DNA of 64,000 nt. Origin: Candidatus Bathyarchaeota archaeon (GTDB lineage: Archaea > Thermoproteota > Bathyarchaeia > Bathyarchaeales > Bathycorpusculaceae). Positions 31,000 to 40,226 of the stretch are shown here, one piece after another (the first letter of the stretch is position 1; each line of letters begins with the position of its first letter). A program made the translations under genes and the position numbers. The stretch lies in contig OY970280.1 of assembly GCA_963715865.1 (NCBI GenBank), positions 192,001 through 256,000 on the forward strand, in the 5' to 3' direction. The notes under the pieces are model-generated. The model did no database searches. It saw nothing but the letters and a program-made list of their open reading frames with translations, and was not told where the DNA came from.

Positions 31000-31330
31000 A
31001 TTATAATTCTTCAATTACCTACCATACCTTCTACTTAACACCCAAACTTTAGGGATAGGTCGTTTTTGTGTGTGTGTGTGGGACTAAATTTTAGTCTTTC
31101 TCTCTCTCTGTTACTGACGACTACTGACGACTACGACTAAACTCAAACTCTAACCTAACCACTACCCCCTTCTCTCTCACACCCACCCCTCCGCACAACA
31201 CACCACACACCGCACCCGCATGCGTGAATAATGTCAGTCATTGTCTCCCTGTCTGTCAGTCTGTCTCAGTCTGTCAATCAGTTACACAACAAACAAAACA
31301 CATAACACACCAAACCGCACAAAAAAGGAA
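31000..31330. repeat. Strand-skewed low-complexity tract with microsatellites
   Basis: (TG)7 at 31067-31080, (CT)5 at 31100-31109, TACTGACGAC x2, and CA-rich and GTCT-type runs. Confidence 0.7.
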
Positions 31331-31439
31331 GATGATAGTACTGTTACCTCCTCGGTTTTGAACTTAATCTCGTTCCATCATCTTCTGCATTTTTCTCAGC
31401 CTTGAACCAAGGTCTTTTTGGAGCTCGATTATTTTTGCT

Positions 31440-31886
31440 TCTGCCAACCAGAACGAGCAGAAACACTCACTGAACATGCTTGAGAAGACGAAGCTGATTC
31501 TCAAACAGTCTGCGGCCAGATTGAGAAGCGTGATAGCTGACAGCCAATACAGCGACAGCAAACTAAGAAACGCAGTCGACAAAACAGTAATTCCATACCG
31601 GGCAAACCAGAAGCGAGACGTTGAAGGCTTGCTGAGGGTGGATAAGAAGTTTCGAACCTACGGGCCAGAAGACCCGAAAAGAAAGTATCATAAGAGGCCG
31701 CGTATAGAAGCGGTCTACAGCTTCCTAAAGACACAGTACAGCATGACCACGAACAAAGTCAGAGGCTTAGGAAACGTTGCATGCTACGCGTTGTACAGTA
31801 TGCTGTGCTTGGTTCTGAACAGAGAAGCAGCAGAAAACCTTGAAAGACCAGACAAAACCGTCTCACCAACCTACTTCAACACATAA
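31440..31886 (+). mobile_element. IS4/IS5-superfamily DDE transposase, 5'-truncated fragment
   Basis: SVIADSQYS (second Asp) and YHKRPRIEAVYSFLK (Y-x2-R-x3-E-x6-K). The N-terminal half is missing. It abuts the 3' remnant of a minus-strand gene (31364-31440). Confidence 0.8.
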
Positions 31887-32017
31887 TAAAGGGACAAGCC
31901 AGCGCGCTAGAAGGTAATTTGAAATTCACGGAGAGCAGACTATTGCAGCTTTCACAGTAGGGCGTGCTTTTAGCTTATTTTCTTATTCGAAAAATTTTTC
32001 CCCTAATGAGGTGATTC

Positions 32018-32155
32018 TCAACTCTGGCGCAACTGTTCAATGGCATACTCAATAGCATGAGTTCGATTCGCGAATCTTTTCGTTTTAATTTGGGAATCAA
32101 TCCATGTCAATAGTTCTTCGTCCAGAGCAACGGATGTTTTGATTTTTTTACCCAC
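32018..32155 (-). CDS. Ribbon-helix-helix (CopG/Arc-like) regulator, 45 aa, not in the ORF track
   Basis: GTG start; MGKKIKTSVALDEELLTWIDSQIKTKRFANRTHAIEYAIEQLRQS fits the beta-alpha-alpha RHH pattern. Confidence 0.8.
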   Translation of the reverse strand: MGKKIKTSVALDEELLTWIDSQIKTKRFANRTHAIEYAIEQLRQS

Positions 32156-32236
32156 TATACCGCCAAATACCCCATAGCACCAAAACACATAAATAAGTAT
32201 CTTACCCTAATTCAGTATAATGGGGTATAATAGGGT

Positions 32237-32560
32237 ATGACATTACAGAAAAATGCGCAATTCGCGGCGATTTACGTTTCCCAAGAAGCAAAACAAGAAG
32301 TCAGCATCTCTAAGCAAGTAGAGGCTTGTCAGAATTTTCTTAGCGAAAAGGGCTTCATATTTTCAGGAGATCTTTTTCTAAAAAAAGAAGGGACTGACCA
32401 TATTGATGAACTTGTAAGGGCTCGAGCACGGTCGCAAAGATTTGATTATTTGGCAAGTTATCTCTTATGCCCTAGCAAATCACCGGGCTTTTCTATAGGA
32501 ATGATAGTCGGTTGGAATGTCCAAAACTTCCTAAGAAAGCCTATTCAAGCATTAAGGTGA
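32237..32560 (+). CDS. Degenerate resolvase N-terminal-like protein
   Basis: AAIYVS...SISKQVEACQNF..EKG resembles the serine-recombinase catalytic domain but lacks the YxRxS motif. Confidence 0.5.
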   Translation: MTLQKNAQFAAIYVSQEAKQEVSISKQVEACQNFLSEKGFIFSGDLFLKKEGTDHIDELVRARARSQRFDYLASYLLCPSKSPGFSIGMIVGWNVQNFLRKPIQALR

Positions 32561-32567
32561 CGAAAAA

Positions 32568-33371
32568 ATGGAGAAAAGACTCATTGAGAACACTGCAAAC
32601 AGGAAAACATTCCAAATAATGAAAAAAGAAAATGATCAGCAAACAACTAACACTCGGACCGAAACATTAGCCCTCCTCGATTATGTCTGCGTTCAGATTG
32701 CAGATCGATACGACCTTTTCTCAAAGGGTCAACCACGAAAAGCCGCAATAATAGAAGTGCTAGCAAGAAATACCTGCATTGCCTGCATAGACAAAGAACT
32801 GCGAGCCAAAAGCTTCCAGCGTATTGACAACATGTACACGGAGCTTCACCAACTAGCTTGCAGCATGCTTGTTGAAGAGCTATATGACCAATTAGTCAAG
32901 AATGGCCGCACCGTAACGATCACCACGGAAGAAAACATAAAATACGGAAAAATCGACGTTTTCATAATCCCTTCCAACTTTGGCCTCAGCTTACACTCAA
33001 ACCAAGTGGAAATTGCCGTTGAAGTCAAAACAGGTTTCTCCCTATCGCTTCCACAACTCCTCAGATACATGATTGACAACGACCGCCGATCGCTCATTTT
33101 ATGGCGAATAAGAAACGAACAGGTACTTCTCTTTGAAGGAACCGAAATCAAGCAATTACTTGTACAATTCACAAAAATGGTAATCTCCCGAGCCGACAGA
33201 CTCCTATCATCGCCTGAACCACAATGCAAGCATACTACCGAACGTAAAAGTTGGTCACCAAATCAACAGCAACTTCAAGAAACTTTTTCTGATTTTTCAA
33301 AAGGAATCACAAAGACCTTACCAATGATAATAGAAAAAGTGATAGCCAAACTGGAAATGGAGATGAATTAA
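32568..33371 (+). CDS. Putative PD-(D/E)xK-fold protein
   Basis: YGKIDVFII...IAVEVKTG motif spacing. Confidence 0.55.
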   Translation: MEKRLIENTANRKTFQIMKKENDQQTTNTRTETLALLDYVCVQIADRYDLFSKGQPRKAAIIEVLARNTCIACIDKELRAKSFQRIDNMYTELHQLACSMLVEELYDQLVKNGRTVTITTEENIKYGKIDVFIIPSNFGLSLHSNQVEIAVEVKTGFSLSLPQLLRYMIDNDRRSLILWRIRNEQVLLFEGTEIKQLLVQFTKMVISRADRLLSSPEPQCKHTTERKSWSPNQQQLQETFSDFSKGITKTLPMIIEKVIAKLEMEMN

Positions 33372-33528
33372 CAACGACTAATCAAAGCTTAGACGACCAT
33401 GCTAATTCAGAAAACTCAATCATAACTACAACAGATAATCGCCAAACAAACACTTGCCGATCAGCTATCTTTATTCGCGTAGGGCAAACAAATGAGAAAA
33501 ACGCGTGCATGATTAGAGATGCTCTATT

Positions 33529-34476
33529 ATGAGAAATAAAGTGGAAAAGCCCAAAACCAAAAAGAAAAAGAATGCTGCCATCTACGCGAGGACGTCCTCG
33601 TTTAGCAAGTTTAGTTACAGCATTAAGGAACAAGTGAGCAGTTGTTGGAAATACTGTGAGGAACGGGGCTGGAACGTAAAATACGTTTTTGTTGACGAAG
33701 GAAAGAGTGGAGAAAATACTGAAAGACCGAAGTTTCAATTCATGCTTGAGCAGGCAAAGCAGGGAGAATTCGATGTGGTCATATCCTGGAAACTCGACCG
33801 CATTTGCCGATCATTAATCGACTTGGTAACTACGGAAAAAAACCTGCGAAAATTAGGGATAGGCCTCTGCAGCGCAACCGAGTACATAGACACAACCACA
33901 TCGCTTGGTCGATTCAATTTCCGAAACTTAGCATCATACTCTGAACTTGAAAGGGAAATAATCGGGGAAAGGTCAAAAATGGGCTTATACGCTCTTGCCA
34001 AGGAACATAAATGGCCAAACGCCAATCCACCATTAGGCTATAACAGAAGCAGCGATGGGTGCCTCCGCCCTAATGCTGCCGAAGTCAACTTAGTAAACAA
34101 AATCATCGGTTTATACGTGAAATCAAAGTCGTTTCCGCACACGGCATTCTTGCTGAACAAACAGGGAATAAAAACCAAGAAAGTTAAGGAATGGAACGCC
34201 CGGGCGGTACGAGACATCGTCACGAACCAACTGTATGTCGGAAGATTCAACGTCGCAGGATTCCAAGACTTCGTAAGAGAGTACAAAATCGTTGACACAA
34301 AACTCTTCAAAAAAGCAAATACGACCCGGACAAGATACACAAAAGGAAAAGCCAAAAGACCACCCATGCCAAAGGACAGAAAAACACTGAAAATAGAGAA
34401 AATCTTCAATCGATACACCGAACTCTTGGAACAGCCAGACCACACAAACGCTCCAACCATAACAATAAAACATTGA
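33529..34476 (+). CDS. Serine recombinase (resolvase + recombinase domains)
   Basis: AIYARTSS, DEGKSG, ERPKFQFML, KLDRICRS and PLGY motifs. Confidence 0.92.
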   Translation: MRNKVEKPKTKKKKNAAIYARTSSFSKFSYSIKEQVSSCWKYCEERGWNVKYVFVDEGKSGENTERPKFQFMLEQAKQGEFDVVISWKLDRICRSLIDLVTTEKNLRKLGIGLCSATEYIDTTTSLGRFNFRNLASYSELEREIIGERSKMGLYALAKEHKWPNANPPLGYNRSSDGCLRPNAAEVNLVNKIIGLYVKSKSFPHTAFLLNKQGIKTKKVKEWNARAVRDIVTNQLYVGRFNVAGFQDFVREYKIVDTKLFKKANTTRTRYTKGKAKRPPMPKDRKTLKIEKIFNRYTELLEQPDHTNAPTITIKH

Positions 34477-34486
34477 GGAAGACCAA

Positions 34487-35338
34487 ATGACTCAACAAAA
34501 AGCGGCGGTGAAAACCACCCTCACAAAACTCATCAAATGCCCTAACTGTGGAAGCAAGCAACTGTCTCAATACGGCAAGAAAATGGTGTGCTCAAACTGC
34601 AGTTTCGTTATAGATCCAAACAGCACCAAAAACAGACCAAGGAAACGCATTAGGCAAAGCAGTCTCCAAATCAGCCAAGAAAATCCCTCAGTTCATTTGG
34701 ATCTTAGCGAAAAAAGCTCTAGAAAATGGCAAAAGTTGCTCAGAGTATCAGACTCAACCGAAGAGAGTTTAGCGACTGTCCTTCTCGAAATCACAAGAAT
34801 CAGCCAATGCATTTCTCTTCCAGAAGAGACGCTGAAACTCTCCCTAGGCGTTTACAAGACAATTATTCAAGCAAACCTGACAAAAAGAACCCCAGCAAAG
34901 GTGCTGGCAGCAACGATTATTTACATCGCGTGCAGACAAACCGGTATTGCACGATCACTAAACGAGATAGCACACATAGCAAACATCAGCGCTGGAAAAA
35001 TGCGACACACCCACAACACTCTAACCAAACAACTAACCTCAATGTCCAGACCAACAACGCCCAGCACGTACGTCAGAAAGCTATCAACCAGCCTCTTCGA
35101 ACAAGAAAAAACCATAGAGGCTGCAGAAAAAATCATGCAGTGCTTAAAAGACCAAAATTTCGTTCAAGGAAAAAATCCCGTCGGCTTAGCCGCTTCCGTC
35201 TGTTACATCGCCTCAATCCTAACTGGAGAAAAGAAAACACAACGAGAAATAGCCGAAATAGCTCGGGTAACCGAGGCAACATTGCGAACCAGGCACAAAC
35301 AGATTGCTAAGAGTCTTCTATTCAAGGTTTCATTTTAA
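34487..35338 (+). CDS. TFB/TFIIB-like protein
   Basis: Zn ribbon CPNCGS...CSNC, two cyclin repeats, and TQREIAEIARVTEATLRTR HTH. Confidence 0.85.
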   Translation: MTQQKAAVKTTLTKLIKCPNCGSKQLSQYGKKMVCSNCSFVIDPNSTKNRPRKRIRQSSLQISQENPSVHLDLSEKSSRKWQKLLRVSDSTEESLATVLLEITRISQCISLPEETLKLSLGVYKTIIQANLTKRTPAKVLAATIIYIACRQTGIARSLNEIAHIANISAGKMRHTHNTLTKQLTSMSRPTTPSTYVRKLSTSLFEQEKTIEAAEKIMQCLKDQNFVQGKNPVGLAASVCYIASILTGEKKTQREIAEIARVTEATLRTRHKQIAKSLLFKVSF

Positions 35339-35383
35339 TCCGAAAGAATTGTAAAAAAAACAATTATCATTCGACAAGAGTAA

Positions 35384-36985
35384 TTATTTCTTTTCTTCTT
35401 CGCCTTCTATGCCTTCTTTTTTGCAGTTTTCCTTTAGCAAGCGTTCAATATCTGCGTCCTTCAGTTTCTTGCTAGTTCGTCTGAATTTCTTCAGCAGTTT
35501 AACTAGGGCGTGCACTTTTTCGTCACGTTTAAAGAACCATTCTCTGATTTTTTGAAGCTCAGTCATCTTTACAGGGTTGAGGTGGCTTCCATCTCGAGGA
35601 CAGATGTAATCAGAGCCACCGTTGCCCTTCATCACGCCTTTGCAACGTGGACAGAGGACAGCTACATTAGGCAGAAAATCCAATACCTCAGGGCCAAAAG
35701 CTTCCACAAGTTCTTCCAGAGGTTTCTTGCGAGGCGAGTAGTTTGCATATTTTTCTTTGATTATTATTTGCACCTTTTCGAACGTAGCTTCGGTGATGTA
35801 AGCTAAACGAACGTCGGGAACGAACACTTTTCCAAATTTTTTCTCGACAACGTCGCCAGAGAATTGCGGCTTTCCAAAGTAAACAGGGTTCTCCAAAATC
35901 TGTCTAACCTGTTGTCGCGTTAATGGGGTCACCAGAAAATTTCTAAACTGATCATTAACGATACTCGTAACAAGGGCATAGTTTCCATATTTGATGAAGA
36001 GCGTAAATATCTGGCTTATTACAGGATCCCAACCAGGCGTTTTTTCTATCCAATGGCGTTTCTTTTGGTAGCCTATGGGATAGTCAAGATTCCATCGACG
36101 ATGCTGAAAAGCTTGAACTTTGGACCTTAGAGCATAATAGCCCCTGTTGTCATTTTGTTCCTCGGCGCCGAAGGCTTTCGCGGTGGTAATTATAAAATCC
36201 CCAATCTTCTTCAAATCAAGTTCCCCGTTAGGAGTAACGATTACTACACCATAACCCCTGAGCTGCAACAAGAAACCAAGCAGATTAAGTGACTTCCTAC
36301 CGACCCTATCAATTTCCGAAACAATCAATTTATCTATTTTCCCTACTGCGGCTAATGCAAGAATGGTGCTCAGCTTTCTGCCGCTGAAGTCTCTACCGCT
36401 CTTACCTGCATCTACAAGCCAAATGATACGAGCTGCTCCCATTCGCTTAGCCATTGCACGCAGTTCATTTTCCTGTGCCTCAAGGCTATCTCCTTCAACA
36501 GCCTGTCTAACAGTGCTGACTCGCAAGTATGCAACTACCGTGATTCCCGTTCTTGCAATAACTTCTATCCAGTCTATAGCTGGATAGAGAAACAGCAGAA
36601 TATCGTCTTTTCCCTTTCCTTTTCTCTTCTTTGGCTTTTTAGGCTCTTCTTTGTCCTTTTCGTCCTCATTAGAATCACCATTTGGCTCTACATCACGTGT
36701 GGGTTTATTGGAAGTCAGTCCAACGAATAGTACGGAGAACAAAGGTGAAAGAATCGCACTGCTCGATGGTAAAACATGGAAATTTGCAGCAAAAATACCC
36801 GGTAATGCAAACCATGATGCGGCAGATCCAATATAAAGAAGCCCATCGGAGAGGGTGCTTAGATTAACAACTTTTCCATAAGTTTTTAAGGATTTCATGA
36901 TGCGGGTAGGCAAGACCTGCCGCCACATGTTTTTCATATGGACTTTGCGCAAAGTTCTTATTGCATATGGAAGAAAAATGGTCAA
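35384..36985 (-). CDS. Serine recombinase with a long hydrophobic N-terminal extension
   Basis: VAYLRVSTVRQ, DAGKSGR, SEIDRVGRK and YPIGY motifs, plus a C-terminal Zn-ribbon-like CPRC...CPRD. Confidence 0.88.
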   Translation of the reverse strand: MTIFLPYAIRTLRKVHMKNMWRQVLPTRIMKSLKTYGKVVNLSTLSDGLLYIGSAASWFALPGIFAANFHVLPSSSAILSPLFSVLFVGLTSNKPTRDVEPNGDSNEDEKDKEEPKKPKKRKGKGKDDILLFLYPAIDWIEVIARTGITVVAYLRVSTVRQAVEGDSLEAQENELRAMAKRMGAARIIWLVDAGKSGRDFSGRKLSTILALAAVGKIDKLIVSEIDRVGRKSLNLLGFLLQLRGYGVVIVTPNGELDLKKIGDFIITTAKAFGAEEQNDNRGYYALRSKVQAFQHRRWNLDYPIGYQKKRHWIEKTPGWDPVISQIFTLFIKYGNYALVTSIVNDQFRNFLVTPLTRQQVRQILENPVYFGKPQFSGDVVEKKFGKVFVPDVRLAYITEATFEKVQIIIKEKYANYSPRKKPLEELVEAFGPEVLDFLPNVAVLCPRCKGVMKGNGGSDYICPRDGSHLNPVKMTELQKIREWFFKRDEKVHALVKLLKKFRRTSKKLKDADIERLLKENCKKEGIEGEEEKK

Positions 36986-37338
36986 TTCTTAATTCTCCTT
37001 GACAACTTTAGCCATACGCCGACTTTCGCGAAAAACTCCGCCTGCTCGAGAAAATCCTGTTCCGTTACAATCACCTCGTATATTGCAGAATCTTTATGGT
37101 AATTGGCGGAAACGAATGTCTTAAGGGGGCGAATGTCAATTGTAGCGTTGTTCTCACAAGTGTTTCGAGGACTGCATGTTTCAGCGATGTCGGCACTCTG
37201 AAGCTTTTGATTTTGGGTTAGCGAAAAAGCTTTGGTTGCACGGGATTTGTCAACTTTTCTCGTTTCTTTAAGCACTTTTGCTGCCGTGGTTATTTCTGAT
37301 GGGTTGATTGTTGGAACTTTGTTCAAATTACTCAGCAA
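36982..37338 (-). CDS. Hypothetical mobile-element protein
   Basis: 4-nt overlap with the recombinase start suggests translational coupling. Confidence 0.6.
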   Translation of the reverse strand: MLSNLNKVPTINPSEITTAAKVLKETRKVDKSRATKAFSLTQNQKLQSADIAETCSPRNTCENNATIDIRPLKTFVSANYHKDSAIYEVIVTEQDFLEQAEFFAKVGVWLKLSRRIKN

Positions 37339-37402
37339 GAATATAACGAAGGGGCGGAAGTGATAAAAAGAATCATGCGCATGTAACTATAGATGATTCC
37401 GA

Positions 37403-37786
37403 ATGAGCTTGGGTGGTAGACCAAAAATAGGAAGTGGCCATGAACCTCTTAATATATCGATAGAATCGGGTATACTTAAAAAACTTGAGAAAGTACCAAA
37501 CAAGTCTGATTTTATCGAGAAATCAATCATTCCACTTCTAAACCAATTAGATCCAGGTCCTTCATGCGCTTTTTTAAATGCCGTTGACAACATAGCCCAG
37601 CAAGAGCTTCATAAGGCAACAATAAAAAAAGACTATGAGAAGATTTCGACGATCGGATCAATGATGGCTTCATGGGGGGACTACCGATTGCTTTGCGTAG
37701 AAAATAGAGCAGAAGGTAATGGTACTTGCCCGCTCCCCAAAAAGTTAGAGGGCCTCAGTACATGTCTAACCGGTTCTAATGAGTAG
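37403..37786 (+). CDS. Putative DNA-binding regulator (RHH-like N-terminus)
   Basis: GGRPK...LNISIESGILKKLEKVPNKSDFIEKSI; divergent from the preceding operon. Confidence 0.55.
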   Translation: MSLGGRPKIGSGHEPLNISIESGILKKLEKVPNKSDFIEKSIIPLLNQLDPGPSCAFLNAVDNIAQQELHKATIKKDYEKISTIGSMMASWGDYRLLCVENRAEGNGTCPLPKKLEGLSTCLTGSNE

Positions 37787-38077
37787 GCTCATGGCTAAAT
37801 ATATGGTGAGTGTTCTCCTTGGTTAGCTAGCATATGCTATTAATTCCTAACTTCAAGTGCATATGTTCGTTTTGCGCATCCGCAGGTAATGGCAACAAAA
37901 AAAGAAAGCGGTGGCAAGCGGCCACAACGGCAGATAGCTTGGCAGCTGCGCATTGGTACTTTTTTCCTCTTTGGGTGAAAAAATAAGTTTGTTATCATAT
38001 GTTGTCCGTTATCAATATCTTTGACTGATCAGCCCTGCGAAAATTGGAATGAGCTAAGCACGAACGAAGACCTCTGA

Positions 38078-39367
38078 TTAGCCTAAAGGGTTTGAGTTCA
38101 TTCTAATAACAACTTTGTTGTCGGAAAGTTTCGCAACATACTCCCATCCCTTAGCCAGGTAATCATTTGCCTCATCTACTGTGACTACCTTCTGCTTAGC
38201 GCCATTCGTTGTCTGCATGCTTATAGGTTTCTTCCTTAGAATTTCATGAAATTCCTCGTCGCTTAATGCGGGCAAGTCCATCTTTTCGATTTCATTCTGT
38301 TTGAAACCTGCCACCAGTAGAAGTTGTTTTCTGAGGGCCTGAGCCAGCTTTTCCTCGCTTGTTTCCTTGCTCTTTGTGGTTTGTAGATATTCCTGGCTTC
38401 TTTCGTAGGCTTGACGCATGTCAGTGATTACGCTTTCCGGAAGCCTACGCTTGTTAGTAGTGTACCTATTCTCGATGTCGCCCTTGTGGCCCATCCAGAA
38501 CTGCCTGTAATCTCTTAGGACCATACCTTTCGATTCTGCTAGCATCAACTGCGTGTCAAAGTAAGACCTTAAAACGTAGGGTCTCCACCGAAAACCAGCC
38601 TGCCTAATGGCACCTCTCATTATGTCACCTATGTTGATTGTTCTAATGAAAGGCTTTTTTCTCTGCTTAGGCGTAATTATCGGAGAAGCGGAAGTTAGGT
38701 CTTCTCCCTCTCTCATTCTCTCTTCCAAGTAGTCCTTAAGGTACTCGCAGCCTTCCTCGCTGAGAAACGTGAAATACTGGTGTCTCGCCTTGCTGAGCTC
38801 ATTCCGAACAATGACGAGCGCAGGCACATTGGAAAAAGCAACGCTACTGCCTTCAATCTTGAGCTCGGGCAAGTCTCCGATTCTCAAGCCATCTTGGCCC
38901 ATATAATCGCCCAAAGCCTGCAAGCGTAACCCGCTGTGAGCAACAAACACGCACGCTGTTCTGGCCTTTGAGTCACCTGACAGAAATATTCGTTTCAGCT
39001 CGTTGAGCGTTGGGACTCGCTCATCCTTGAGCGTTGGGGTCTCGTCGACTCCTTTGATTTTTATCTTGACTTTTAATTCCCTGTTATTGTGCGCGAGCCA
39101 GGACTTTAGGGCTTTAATTGTTGAACTTATGTAGTTTCCTGCGTAGCCTTTCTTTTCCGCCGCTGAAACGTAGTCCATCAGCATGTTGTCCAATTCACGC
39201 TCTGACAGAGAAGCAAATTCTCTAGGAGTGACTTTGTTTGATTCGCAAAAACTTCCAAGCCGACGCAGACACACATCGGCAGTAATTCTGGAACCTCGCG
39301 CAGTGTTTTCATACCAACGTCTGACATCTGGATCTTCAAACAAATAAGCATACTTCGCGCGTCTCAT
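38078..39367 (-). CDS. int: Tyrosine recombinase/integrase
   Basis: HSGLR (Arg), YVLRSYF (box II), FWMGH and ENRYT (Tyr). Starts 58 bp from the tRNA 3' end. Confidence 0.92.
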   Translation of the reverse strand: MRRAKYAYLFEDPDVRRWYENTARGSRITADVCLRRLGSFCESNKVTPREFASLSERELDNMLMDYVSAAEKKGYAGNYISSTIKALKSWLAHNNRELKVKIKIKGVDETPTLKDERVPTLNELKRIFLSGDSKARTACVFVAHSGLRLQALGDYMGQDGLRIGDLPELKIEGSSVAFSNVPALVIVRNELSKARHQYFTFLSEEGCEYLKDYLEERMREGEDLTSASPIITPKQRKKPFIRTINIGDIMRGAIRQAGFRWRPYVLRSYFDTQLMLAESKGMVLRDYRQFWMGHKGDIENRYTTNKRRLPESVITDMRQAYERSQEYLQTTKSKETSEEKLAQALRKQLLLVAGFKQNEIEKMDLPALSDEEFHEILRKKPISMQTTNGAKQKVVTVDEANDYLAKGWEYVAKLSDNKVVIRMNSNPLG

Positions 39368-39424
39368 ATATCAGAGTTATCCATTTTCGTTTATAAGCCT
39401 AACGGTGGTTCTGAACCCAAAAGA

Positions 39425-39502
39425 TGGTGGGGCTGGAGAGATTTGAACTCTCGTCTATAGCGCCCGAGGCTACAAGCCTAGACCAAGCTAGCCGACAGCC
39501 CC
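39425..39502 (-). tRNA. tRNA-Pro(CGG), CCA encoded, no intron
   Basis: GGGGCTG/CAGCCCC acceptor stem, GTAGC-CTCGGGC-GCTAT anticodon arm and GAGTTCAAATCTC T arm. Confidence 0.95.
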
Positions 39503-39611
39503 CTTCCAGATTGGTTTGGCAGCTATTTTTTGCGGGTTCATAAAATAATGTTGGCTTAGGCTTTAAACTTTAACGGTTAACAATATCATAGTCGTTATTG
39601 AAGAAAAATGG

Positions 39612-40226
39612 TTAAGCCGTTTCATCGGTTGCCGCAGTCTCAGTTGGTGAGGTTGCAGTTGCAGGTTCTGTTTTTGGGGCTTTGGCGACTCGCCTATGGT
39701 ACAATCTTGCGGCTATGCACAATGCGGCTGCTACTATTGCCAGCCAGAAGGGCAATTGAAAACTTCCTGAAACTAAAACGCTAATGCTAGCACCCATAGG
39801 GAGGAATTGTGTCGGCAACATTAGGTTTTTTGAACCGATAAGTGGAATGCTCATGCCAAGCAATCCAGCAATTGATGTTATTACTAGTAGACCAGCCACA
39901 AAAGTTATCAACACATATAATGGCTTCTTGTACGAAAAGCCAAGCAAATGTTTAGAGTAAGATTTAGTCGGAATAAACGAGTAAATCAGCATTACTATAC
40001 CACTGGCAGTAAACGTTAGTATGCTTACAAGGTTCAACGCCCAAATCAACGGTATCGTGAACTGTGTACCAAGTAAACCAAAATTTGTGTTAACGGGAGA
40101 AGCATTAACTTCCATAAGGTTTTCGCCAACCGTTAACTGCCACCAAGGGACATACAAAGAAATAACAAGCACTATTAAAGTGATAATTCCAGCAGCAAGA
40201 CCAAACCAGTTTATTTTCCGATTCAT
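39612..40226 (-). CDS. Hypothetical multi-pass membrane protein
   Basis: About four TM segments; T/A/P-rich tail. Confidence 0.7.
   Translation of the reverse strand: MNRKINWFGLAAGIITLIVLVISLYVPWWQLTVGENLMEVNASPVNTNFGLLGTQFTIPLIWALNLVSILTFTASGIVMLIYSFIPTKSYSKHLLGFSYKKPLYVLITFVAGLLVITSIAGLLGMSIPLIGSKNLMLPTQFLPMGASISVLVSGSFQLPFWLAIVAAALCIAARLYHRRVAKAPKTEPATATSPTETAATDETA

Larger units (their letters stand above)
5461..39450 (-). mobile_element. tRNA-Pro-anchored integrative genomic island, probably composite and decaying
   Basis: Tyrosine integrase directly abuts the tRNA-Pro 3' end; degenerate direct repeat at 5461-5501. Contains serine recombinases, an IS fragment, many truncated genes and heterogeneous GC. 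Confidence 0.65.

Noticed and set aside
5589-38078. Classical integron with attC cassettes
   Set aside because: No RYYYAAC/GTTRRRY-bounded attC sites at regular gene ends were found, cargo genes are in mixed orientations, and the integrase shows no evident IntI-specific insertion.
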